Positions 1 through 9,800 of a stretch of DNA of 64,000 nt are shown here, one piece after another. Within the stretch, counting starts at the first letter, position 1. Each line of letters opens with the position of its first letter. Under the pieces are notes generated by a model. That model did not search any database, had not been told where the DNA came from, and saw only the letters and a list, made by a program, of their open reading frames with translations. Where the stretch lies: the IMG/VR virus record IMGVR_UViG_3300030102_006934, positions 186,001-250,000 of that record; one strand, given 5' to 3'. Position numbers and translations under genes: made by a program.

Positions 1-221
1 CTTAATGATTTAGTCCAACAAAATGGTGTAAATTTTTGTGTTTTTATTTTTTTACCCTTTTTAGGGTCGTCAATAACAATATAAACTCTGTTTGTTTCGT
101 CAATTGACCAATCACCTGTTTGGTCTAACTCTATGGATACGATGTACTTTTCATCGTCATGACCCTCTAGAAATTTTTTAATGTCTTCGGGTGTTGCCTG
201 TTTTATTTCTCCTTCATTCAT
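1..221 (-). CDS. 5' part of a gene running off the window, probably phage family-B DNA polymerase N-terminus (not in ORF track)
   Basis: ATG at 221 opens MNEGEIKQATPEDIKKFLEGHDDEKYIVSIELDQ...KGKKIKTQKFTPFCWTKSL with no stop before the window edge. It resembles my recollection of PolB N-termini in related large phages; no catalytic motifs are visible. Confidence 0.5.
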   Translation of the reverse strand, partial: MNEGEIKQATPEDIKKFLEGHDDEKYIVSIELDQTGDWSIDETNRVYIVIDDPKKGKKIKTQKFTPFCWTKSL

Positions 222-362
222 AATTTTTGATTTTTTTGGACGGGTTAAATCTTAACCACTCGTATTGTTTGATTTTAATTATAGATAAAATAAGATTCAT
301 AGTAAAGACACATATTTAGAAAGATTAATAAATGTGGTGCATATTTATAAGAAAAAACAATA

Positions 363-1511
363 ATGAGTTTAATTATATCTGATTCTGAAAGAGAAAAATT
401 GTTTAGACAAGTAAAACACCGATTAGGTGCACCAATAAGAAAAATCGAGTTAGAGGATGAAATGTTGGAAACCTTATTAGAGATTTCAATAGAAGATCAT
501 TCGTCTTACATAAATGAGTGGTTAATAGAATCACAGTGGACTTCTTTATATGGTAAAGATTTGACCACAACAGATTTAACCAAAGCTTTAACAGTTAGAG
601 AAATGGCCTATGAAGATTCTTTTACTTATGCCTATTCTAAGATTGTTGGGTTACAGGCTAGAGGTCCTTGGGAACTTAAAAAAGATTATGTCACAGTTAA
701 AGCTGGGCAACAAGTTTATGAAATACCAGCAGGTAGAGAAATAAATGAAGTTTTATGGATTACACCACCTACAATAGATCACGCACTTTATGCTTCATAT
801 GGTTTTGGGGATGCAGGTTTTGGTGGTGGTTTTGGTCAACTACCCTTCGCTGGTGGGGGTGGAGGTTTGGGATATGGAGGATTCTTTTTAGGTTCTTCTT
901 ACGATATTTTAAGTAGAGACGCCGATTATAGTCTAAAACAAAGAATTATTTCTGGTGATTTAATTTATAAAATAACGGCTGGAGCAAATGGTACTAAATT
1001 ACTACATCTAATACCACCCCCAGGTTCAAGAATAATCTTTGGTACAATCGGTGGAGGAAGAAATGGTATTGATGTCACAGGTAGTAAGGTTTGGTACCAT
1101 TATTATGAAACTAAAGATGACGATGACAGAAAAAGATGTCTTAATGATAATAAGGATATAGTTAAATTACCTTCAGACGTTCCTATTGATGTTGTTGACT
1201 TTGATGAATTAAATACACCCTCCAAACAATGGGTTAGAGATTATTTTACGGCTATGTGTAAAGAAACCCTAGGTAGAGTTAGAGGTAAATTTAGTGGTTC
1301 TTTAGGTATAACTGACGCAGATGTTACTATGGATTATGATTCATTATTAAATGAGTCTAAAGAAGATAAAGATAAACTTTGGGAAAGACTGAAAGAAAGA
1401 TTAGAAAGACTAAGACCAGACAAGATGTTAGAAAGAAAGGCTTTAGAGGCAGAAAATTTAAACAAGTCATTACAATTTAGACCGTTGGGTCATCATTGGA
1501 ACGTTATTTAA
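363..1511 (+). CDS. Neck/head-completion protein (T4 gp13-like)
   Basis: N-terminal RLGAPIRKIEL matches the gp13 LGAPxIxVEL motif; C-terminal KETLGRVRGKF; TATTTATA upstream. Confidence 0.8.
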   Translation: MSLIISDSEREKLFRQVKHRLGAPIRKIELEDEMLETLLEISIEDHSSYINEWLIESQWTSLYGKDLTTTDLTKALTVREMAYEDSFTYAYSKIVGLQARGPWELKKDYVTVKAGQQVYEIPAGREINEVLWITPPTIDHALYASYGFGDAGFGGGFGQLPFAGGGGGLGYGGFFLGSSYDILSRDADYSLKQRIISGDLIYKITAGANGTKLLHLIPPPGSRIIFGTIGGGRNGIDVTGSKVWYHYYETKDDDDRKRCLNDNKDIVKLPSDVPIDVVDFDELNTPSKQWVRDYFTAMCKETLGRVRGKFSGSLGITDADVTMDYDSLLNESKEDKDKLWERLKERLERLRPDKMLERKALEAENLNKSLQFRPLGHHWNVI

Positions 1512-1513
1512 TT

Positions 1514-3154
1514 ATGTCAGGAATTTTTAATACAAGACCTAGGTTTCAAGATAGAGATATGAAACAAATGAGTGGTGACACTATGACACTTTCTGGTGAC
1601 ACCATAATCACAGGTAATTTAGCGTATAATAATGGCGCTACTATTGGTTATGTTTTAACAGCTATAGACACTAATGGTAATGTTGGTTGGTCACCATTAT
1701 CATCGGTAACACCAGGTATTTTTTGGACTTCTGGTTCAACTAACTTAAGTAATATAATTGCTGACAATGGTACTGGTACGGATGCTACAGGTCAGTTTGC
1801 GGTCTCTTGGGGTAAGGGTAATTTGTCTAGTGGATTTCTTTCTACCTCCATGGGTCAAGATAATTTAGCTTCTGGACCTACTTCTTTAGCTCAAGGTAGG
1901 GATACTATAGCTTCTGGTTTTTATTCACATTCACAAGGTTCTCTAACTAAGGCTAGTGGTGATAGTTCTCACGCGGAAGGTGATAATACTTTAGCTAGTG
2001 GTGGTAGTTCTCACGCGGAAGGTGATAATACTTTAGCTAGTGGTCAAGCATCACATGCTGAAGGTAATGGTTCAATCGCAGATGGTGAGGCATCACACGC
2101 AGAAGGTAGTGGTTCAACAGCTAGTGGTCCAGGATCACATGCTGAAGGTACATTGACTTTCTCCAAAGGTAGTTATTCTCACGCAGAAGGTATGTCCACA
2201 ACTGCAGCGACCCAATACTCACATTCAGAAGGTTTCACCACTTTAGCTACTGGTGAATCTTCTCATGCGGAAGGGGATGGTACTGTATCATCTGGTCAAG
2301 CATCACACGCTGAAGGTGTGGATACTCAAACCAATTCAAATTATTCCCACTCAGAAGGTGATGGTACTGAAACTAATGGTTTAGGTTCTCACACAGAAGG
2401 ACTTTCTACCGTAACCTATGGTAATTATGCACACGCAGAAGGGAGTGGTACTAGAGCAGGTATAAGTACTACTGTTGGTATAGCTTCACACGCTAGTGGC
2501 CTAGGAACCATAGCTTATGAGGATTATCAAACCGTTATGGGTAGATATAATACGACTGGTAATACAAATCAGTACTTAGTTGTGGGTAGAGGTACTTCTT
2601 CAGCGGCTAGAGCTAACGCTTTTAGGATTGACTCAGCTGGTGAAATATATGGTGCTGGAGCTACTTACAATTCTGGGGCTGATTACGCTGAATATTTTGA
2701 ATCTGTAGATGGTTCTTCCATTCCTTTTGGGACAGTTGTTGAATTAGACAATGGTAAAATTAAAGAATGTGTTGACCCAAATAACGCTATTGGTGTTGTT
2801 TCTTCTAAACCTTCAATCGTTGGTAACTGTGAAGATGGTACTTCTGATGAGTGGGTTGGTAAATATATAAAAGATGTTTGGGGCAATTACATATATGAAG
2901 ATTACGAGTACGATGTTGATGTGTATGTTGGTGAAAACGGAGAAGAGGTATTCGTAACAAAAGAGGGTAAAAGAAGAGTTTTAAATAAAGATTTTAACCC
3001 ATCGACACCTTACCAAACTAGAAAGGAAAGGGATGAGTGGAATGTAGTTGGGTTATTAGGTCAAATAAGAATTTTAAAGAATCAACAAATACCATCTAGG
3101 TGGATAAAAATTAAAGATATTAACAATGATATAGCTATTTATCTTGTTAGATAA
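1514..3154 (+). CDS. Trimeric fibre/adhesin with 14-aa SHAEG beta-roll repeats and C-terminal Peptidase_G2-like intramolecular chaperone
   Basis: About 13 tandem 14-aa SHAEG repeats; GADYAEYFES...EWNVVGLLGQI typical of the G2 autocleaving chaperone. ATG 1514 preferred over TTG 1496. Confidence 0.75.
   Translation: MSGIFNTRPRFQDRDMKQMSGDTMTLSGDTIITGNLAYNNGATIGYVLTAIDTNGNVGWSPLSSVTPGIFWTSGSTNLSNIIADNGTGTDATGQFAVSWGKGNLSSGFLSTSMGQDNLASGPTSLAQGRDTIASGFYSHSQGSLTKASGDSSHAEGDNTLASGGSSHAEGDNTLASGQASHAEGNGSIADGEASHAEGSGSTASGPGSHAEGTLTFSKGSYSHAEGMSTTAATQYSHSEGFTTLATGESSHAEGDGTVSSGQASHAEGVDTQTNSNYSHSEGDGTETNGLGSHTEGLSTVTYGNYAHAEGSGTRAGISTTVGIASHASGLGTIAYEDYQTVMGRYNTTGNTNQYLVVGRGTSSAARANAFRIDSAGEIYGAGATYNSGADYAEYFESVDGSSIPFGTVVELDNGKIKECVDPNNAIGVVSSKPSIVGNCEDGTSDEWVGKYIKDVWGNYIYEDYEYDVDVYVGENGEEVFVTKEGKRRVLNKDFNPSTPYQTRKERDEWNVVGLLGQIRILKNQQIPSRWIKIKDINNDIAIYLVR
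1790..2520 (+). repeat. 42-nt (14-aa) coding tandem repeat, SHAEG
   Basis: Periodic tc(t/a)ca(c/t)gc.gaaggt; near-exact 42-nt duplication at about 1952-2045. Confidence 0.9.
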
Positions 3155-3163
3155 AATAATGAT

Positions 3164-5809
3164 ATGGGAATAAGTAGTTACTATTTCAAAAATTTAGAAG
3201 GTAGGATAATACATAATAATTATTGGGATGCTCACATTACGTCTGATAATGAAGGTAGGTGTTTAAATTACGCTACTAGTAAAAAAAATATTTCTAATAA
3301 AGAGGTTGTATCAAATGACTTGGTTCTTTGGTTAGACGTTAATAACACAAATACTACCACCAATGGAGATTCACTTACATCTTTAGTTACATGGGATGAG
3401 GCGATAATCAAACCTTGTTCTGGTTTTACCACCTGTGACTTTGGCTTAACTGGTGTTGATAATGGTAGGTATGATAAACTATCTGGTATTACTGTTAGTT
3501 TTACCACAGCCGATACTAAAGTTATTCTATACCCTGTTACTGGTTATACAGTAAATGATACTACTTCTGTAGGTACCAAAGGAAAGTATGATTATCCATG
3601 GACTTATATAACTAATACAACTACTAACCAAAATTCTGGTACTTATTGTACTGAAAAAGATGATTCTGGTAAAACTTGTAATGTAGGTAACGTTATTTGT
3701 TTAGATGGTGGTTTTTATCAAGGATTTTTTAAACTAGACTTTGAAGACCCTAACCCTATAGAAGTTACCGCTACCACTACTGAATGTGATAAAGAAGTTA
3801 TCATTAATGAATATGTGGAAGTAGACCCAGACGCCACAAAATACGATTTAATACCAACTAACTTTAATATATCTAACAATGATTGTAGTACTGGTACAGG
3901 TGGTTGGACAATGGAGACTTGGGTGAAGTGGGATAATAGTTCTTGTTCTGGTTTAACAACAAATAATTTAAATAATAATTTTAGTGGTAATACTGGATTT
4001 TTCTTTTACATAGGTACTAGAGCTGAAAATAAATTTAGAAATGTTTTTTCTGGTGAAACAGGTTTATACACTTGTGATGGTATCATCCCACTTTCTCCAG
4101 ATGGGAAAGAACCTATTATATCTAATGAGGGTCAGGATTGGTTTAGTTTAAGTAATTTTAATTTTATTAATAATGATTGTTGTAATCCTTGTAGTGCGGA
4201 TACTGTTACAACAACCGCAACAACTTACTGTGATGAATTATCCGAAAATGCTTTAGGTCTTAGGATAAAACCAGATGGTCGTATAGGTTATAGAAAAATG
4301 ACTGTATCTGGTTATGAGTATTGGTGTGATGATGATGGAAATGAAATAGATGGTTGTTTACTAGACGTAAATGGTAATATAACTGGTTCGACAAATGGTG
4401 ATTGTTCTTATAGTAGTAATGGTAATAAAAGTTTTTTTATGACTGGCACCACAATGGAAGAGGGTTATTCTAAATACCCTGTTGTTTTAAGTGGTGATAA
4501 TTGGACACACATTACTGTTACTTGGAATCAGAATAGCGTTAAAAATAATTTACCAGCTGGAACTTTAAGGTTTTGGGTTAATGGTAGGATGGTTTATAGA
4601 GTAGATAATTTCATTGGTTTACAATTAAGGGCTTTAAATGAGTATAGTTCTAAACAGTTAGGGGTACCTTATAATATTTCATGGGGTGGTGGTTCTCAGG
4701 GATTATTAGAGTCACAAACTTTTGGTGGCCCAGACCCTAAAGACCAAAATTTAGATATAGCAAAATATTTTGCTGGTACTTTCGATGGGGAATTATCTCA
4801 ACTAAGATTTTATCAAAGGCCTTTAGATTTATTAGAAATAAGAAACAACATGTATGTAGATTCTAATAGATATTGTGTGAGAGAAACTTTTGGTGGTAGT
4901 TTAATTGTACAACCAGCCTTGGTGACTTACGGTGGTGTTTGTGTGGATGGTGAATTAATAACTAGTGATACATTGGGTGTTTCTGTTGACTTAACAGCTA
5001 TTTTAAGTCCTGGTTCGATTAATGTACAATATATTGCTAAATTAAATAAAGAACTTAAAGAAGACCTTACATACAATTTTGATTTTAATTTAGGGGTGGT
5101 AAGTGGTTCCCCCATAAATGTTGAAGGTATTGAAATAGTAATACCTAAAGGTAGTATTTCCGCTACCACACAGACTTCTATAGAAGAGGATTATGAAAGA
5201 ATAACTGATGAGTACAGTATTACTAGAGCACAACACACGTCTTTACAAAAAATAAAAGTAAATAGAAAGGATATTGTTGAACACTTAAAAACACCTAAAC
5301 CAAGAACTATCTTTGGTTGTACTGATTCTGAGGCTACTAATTACAATCCATTAGCAGTAGTAGATGATGGTTCTTGTAATTATGTGGTAGTTAGAGGTTG
5401 TACTAATCCAGACGCCAACAATTATAACCCTAATGCTACCGTAGATGATGGTTCTTGTACTTTCACCCCTACACCACCAGTGGTAAGTAACATTTATTAT
5501 GGTAAACTATTAGACGCAACATTTGACACATCTTCTTTAGGTGATTTAACAATTAAAAACAGTTTAAACGCGGTTAGTACTTATATAGGTATTGGTGAAG
5601 GTAATGGGTATGGTTATATTCTAATACCACAATCAATGCAACAACCATCGTTGTTTAGGAATAGTAATGAAGGGTGTGTAGGTTTTGCTATACCAATGAT
5701 AGATATGGGAGATATTTCTCTAACCATTGATAAGGAAGAAACTATTTATAAAATATACAGAACATTTGTCTCTACCCATTCAAACATTGATGTGTGGTTG
5801 TGTGATTAA
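3164..5809 (+). CDS. Cys-rich virion protein with LamG/ConA-like domain and two GCTD-NYNP-DDGSC repeats
   Basis: WTMETWVK, WTHITVTW, LRFWVNG and FDGELSQLRFYQRPL are LamG-like strands; repeats at 5315-5458. Confidence 0.65.
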   Translation: MGISSYYFKNLEGRIIHNNYWDAHITSDNEGRCLNYATSKKNISNKEVVSNDLVLWLDVNNTNTTTNGDSLTSLVTWDEAIIKPCSGFTTCDFGLTGVDNGRYDKLSGITVSFTTADTKVILYPVTGYTVNDTTSVGTKGKYDYPWTYITNTTTNQNSGTYCTEKDDSGKTCNVGNVICLDGGFYQGFFKLDFEDPNPIEVTATTTECDKEVIINEYVEVDPDATKYDLIPTNFNISNNDCSTGTGGWTMETWVKWDNSSCSGLTTNNLNNNFSGNTGFFFYIGTRAENKFRNVFSGETGLYTCDGIIPLSPDGKEPIISNEGQDWFSLSNFNFINNDCCNPCSADTVTTTATTYCDELSENALGLRIKPDGRIGYRKMTVSGYEYWCDDDGNEIDGCLLDVNGNITGSTNGDCSYSSNGNKSFFMTGTTMEEGYSKYPVVLSGDNWTHITVTWNQNSVKNNLPAGTLRFWVNGRMVYRVDNFIGLQLRALNEYSSKQLGVPYNISWGGGSQGLLESQTFGGPDPKDQNLDIAKYFAGTFDGELSQLRFYQRPLDLLEIRNNMYVDSNRYCVRETFGGSLIVQPALVTYGGVCVDGELITSDTLGVSVDLTAILSPGSINVQYIAKLNKELKEDLTYNFDFNLGVVSGSPINVEGIEIVIPKGSISATTQTSIEEDYERITDEYSITRAQHTSLQKIKVNRKDIVEHLKTPKPRTIFGCTDSEATNYNPLAVVDDGSCNYVVVRGCTNPDANNYNPNATVDDGSCTFTPTPPVVSNIYYGKLLDATFDTSSLGDLTIKNSLNAVSTYIGIGEGNGYGYILIPQSMQQPSLFRNSNEGCVGFAIPMIDMGDISLTIDKEETIYKIYRTFVSTHSNIDVWLCD

Positions 5810-5821
5810 TCTTTACGAAAT

Positions 5822-6322
5822 ATGAGTGATTTTAATTTAATAGGTGGTGTTGGTTTATTAGGGTATCTAAGCCCAATGGACACTAGAGATAGTTACGCCG
5901 TTATTGACCCTGTTTATGGAATAGACGGTTTAAGAAATGTCGGTACCGTTGGAGAATTAAATTTAATTACAGCTGAAAGAAGAAGAGCTGGTATGATAGT
6001 GGGTGTTAATGGTGGTGAGACTTACTATAAATTAAAAAATATTAATAATTGGGTTTTTGATATAACTGATTGGGATGAGTTAACCTTCAAACAAGATTAT
6101 TCGGATAAAGAAACACCAATAGGTGTGGTAGACGGTAAAAATACTATTTTTCATATAACTAACGTACCAGAACAAAATAGTGAACATATATATTTAAATG
6201 GTTTGTTACAGGACATAGGTGAAGATGAAGACTATACATTAGAAGGTAATGAAATTGTTTTTAGTGAAGCACCTGCACCCAAGACTAAGATTAGATGTAG
6301 TTATAGGTATAAAAATTTATAA
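5822..6322 (+). CDS. Virion structural protein with a YLNGLLQ-G-DY domain
   Basis: ETPIGVVDGKNTIF...IYLNGLLQDIGEDEDYTLEGNEIVFSEAP is a small module common in phage fibre and baseplate proteins; a related copy lies in 6886-11505. Confidence 0.6.
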   Translation: MSDFNLIGGVGLLGYLSPMDTRDSYAVIDPVYGIDGLRNVGTVGELNLITAERRRAGMIVGVNGGETYYKLKNINNWVFDITDWDELTFKQDYSDKETPIGVVDGKNTIFHITNVPEQNSEHIYLNGLLQDIGEDEDYTLEGNEIVFSEAPAPKTKIRCSYRYKNL

Positions 6323-6378
6323 ATTATTAGTCTTTTTTATAAATTTTAGCTATTTATAATAGTAAAAAGAAAGAATTA

Positions 6379-6612
6379 ATGGAACAAGATAATAAATACA
6401 GAACATCAGACTTATATTTAACAGCTTATTTAAAATTTAAAGGTTTTAAAATGGAAGTTGAAAAAAATAATAAAAAAGCGACTTTCGTATTTGAAAGAAC
6501 GGAAGAAATAATGAAAGAAGTTACTAATTATTTAAATGAGTCAGGTTCTTGTGAACCTCTTTTATATGCTAATTCTATTAAGAATTTAAAAAATTTATTA
6601 TATAATTTATAA
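6379..6612 (+). CDS. DUF5659-like small phage protein
   Basis: YRTSDLYLTAYL...ATFVFE pattern; has its own late-promoter motif. Confidence 0.6.
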   Translation: MEQDNKYRTSDLYLTAYLKFKGFKMEVEKNNKKATFVFERTEEIMKEVTNYLNESGSCEPLLYANSIKNLKNLLYNL

Positions 6613-6885
6613 TTTTTTTCATATTTTTTAGTCTTTTACTAAAAACCTACCTATTTATATAAAAAGAATGGAGTTAAACCATTCGAATATTAATATCAAA
6701 TATATAATATTTCCAATTTAAATTTATATTAAAATCTAGTGGGTAGTTTTGTTTTAACTTCAGAAATACCCAACATCAAATATTTTTATTAATCAACAAA
6801 ATTAAGATTTGAATAACAAATAAAAATCTATATTAGATTTTTAACACAAAAGAGTGTTTAATAATTTGTTAAAAAAAAAATAATT

Positions 6886-9800
6886 ATGGCAAATACTAAA
6901 ATAGTATTAAATAGACAGTCAGATTTAATTTTAAACAACGCTAAAATCGTTGATCCTTCAGGAATCGTAAAAGGAGATTTACCTGGATTAGTAGATGATT
7001 TAGCAAACTTAAACGCAGCAGACCTTACTGAAGCATCTTTTAGAGTAGCTAAAGATAACTCTTTAGAGGCGAAGATTGATTCTGATGTATCTTCTGCTAG
7101 GCAACAACTGAATTCAGCTAGAGAAGCTGGAGACAATTCATTAGAGGCTAAGATTAATGCTGATGTATCCACTGAGAAAGCTGCGAGAGAAGCTGGAGAC
7201 TTATCATTAACTACAAAAGTTGATGCTGATGTAGACGCTGAGAAATCTGCGAGAAAATCTGCAGACTTATCATTAGAAACTAAAGTAAATGTTGATATCT
7301 CTACTGAGAAATTAGCTAGAGAAACTGATGTATCCAATGAGAAAGCTGCTAGAGAAGCTGGAGACTTATCATTAACTACAAAAGTTGATGCTGATGTATC
7401 CACTGAGAAAGCTGCTAGAGAAGCTGCGGACTTATCATTAACAACTTTGGTTGAAACTGAGATGTCTAATGAGGTTGCTGCGAGAGAAGCTGGAGACTTA
7501 TCATTAACTACAAAAGTTGATGCTGATGTATCTAGTGAAAAATCAGAAAGAGAAGCAGCTGTTACAGCTGAAGCATCTGCTAGAGTAGCGGGTGACACTC
7601 TATTACAATCAAACATCGACACTTTTGAGTCAAGACATGACAGTGAAATGTCGTCTGAGATTTCAGCTAGAGAAGCTGCTGACCTTGCGGAAGCATCATC
7701 TAGATTAGCTGCAGATACAATTTTACAGTCTAACCTTGATACTGAAGAGGCTGAACGTCTTGCTGATGTTTCAACACTTCAGTTGAACATTGACAATGAG
7801 TCTAGTAGAGCTCAAGTACAAGAGGTTGCTAACGCTGATGCTATCGCAGCTGAAACATCTAATAGAATTGTAGATGTTAACGCTGAGGAAGCTAGAGCAA
7901 TTGCTGCTGAAGGTTCTTTAGATACTAAACTAGGTGTTGAAGAAAACGCTAGAATAGCTGGTGATGCTAACTTACAGTCTAACATCGATGTTGAGAAAGG
8001 TAGAATTGACGCTATCTTAAGTGCTTCAACTGCTGATGCTGATTCATTCGCTGAAATCGTTCAATTAATCAACGCTGTTGATACTGAGAATGACAACGCA
8101 TTTGCATCGTATGTATTATCAAATGACGCGGCATTATCTACCGCTATCGCTAACAGTGAGGACGCTGATGAGGAAATAGAATCATCACTTTCAAGTGAGG
8201 TTGCTAGAGCTGAAGCTGCTGAGTCTTCATTAGACGTAGCTTTAGCTGGTGAGGCATCTGCTAGATTAGCTGCTGACCAAGCACATGACGCAGCAATTTC
8301 ACAAGAGATTGTTGATAGAACTGCTGGTGACCAAGCTTTACAAAACAGTTTAAACAACGAAATCTCTGATAGAGTTGTTGCTGACCAAACACAAGCTGCT
8401 AACCTATCAACTGAGGTTGCTAGAGCTGAAGCTGCTGAGTCTTCATTAGACACAGCGTTAGTTAACGAAGTATCTTCAAGGATTGCTGATGTTAACGCTG
8501 AGGAAGCTAGAGCAATTGCTGCTGAAGGTTCTTTAGTTATTAAGATAGATTCAGATATCGCATCTGAAGCATCTACTAGATTAGCTGCTGATATTTCTTT
8601 AACAACTAAAGTTGATACTGAGATGTCATCTGAAGCTTCTTCTAGAGTAGCTGGAGACAATTCATTAGAAGCTAAGATTGATTCTGATATGTCATCTGAA
8701 ACTTCTTCTAGAGTAGCTGGAGACAATTCATTAGAAGCTAAGATTGATTCTGATATGTCTACTGAGAAGTTAGCTAGAGAAACTGCTGATTCTGACGAAG
8801 CTGCAGCTAGAGTAGCTGGGGACAATTCATTAGAAGCTAAAGTTAACACTGATATCTCTACTGAGAAGTTAGCTAGAGAAACTGCTGATTCTTCATTAAC
8901 GACTAAGATTGATACAGATATGTCAAACGAAGTTGTAGCTAGAGAAGCTGCTGATTCTTCATTAACGACTAAGATTGATGTGGATATGTCAAACGAAGTT
9001 GTAGCTAGAGAAGCTGCTGATTCTACCGAAGCTGCGGCTAGAGTAGCTGGAGACAATTCATTAGAGGCTAAGATTGACGCCGATATTTCTACTGAGAAAT
9101 TAGCTAGAGAAACTGCGGACAATTCATTAGAGGCTAAGATTGATACAGATATGTCAAACGAAGTTGTAGCTAGAGAAACTGCTGACCAATCATTGGTAAC
9201 TAAGATTGACACAGATATGTCAAACGAAGTTGTAGCTAGAGAAGCTGGAGATAACTCTTTAGAAGCTAAGATTGACGCTGATATGTCAGACGAGGTTGTA
9301 GCTAGAGAAGCTGGAGACAATTCATTAGAGGCTAAGATTGATGTGAGTATATCAAACGAAGTTGTAGCTAGAGAAACTGCTGATTCTTCATTAACAACTA
9401 AGATTGATTCTGATATCTCTACTGAGAAAGCTGCTAGAGAAACTGCTGATTCTTCATTAGTAACTAAGATTGACACAGATATGTCAAACGAAGTTGTAGC
9501 TAGAGAAGCAGAAGATAAAGCTTTAGAGGCTAAGATTGATTCTGATATCTCTACTGAGAAAGCTGCTAGAGAAGCTGCTGACTTATCATTAACAACTAAG
9601 ATTGACACTGATATGTCAAACGAAGTTGTGGATAGAAAAGCAGAAGATGACGCTTTAGAGGCTAAGATTAATGTTGAGAAAGGTAGAATTGACACTATCT
9701 TAGATGGATCTACGGTTGATTTAGATCAATTTAAGGAAGTTGTTAGCTTCGTAGAAGAAATTGATTTAGAAAACGATGCTAATTTATTAGCAGCTGTTAA

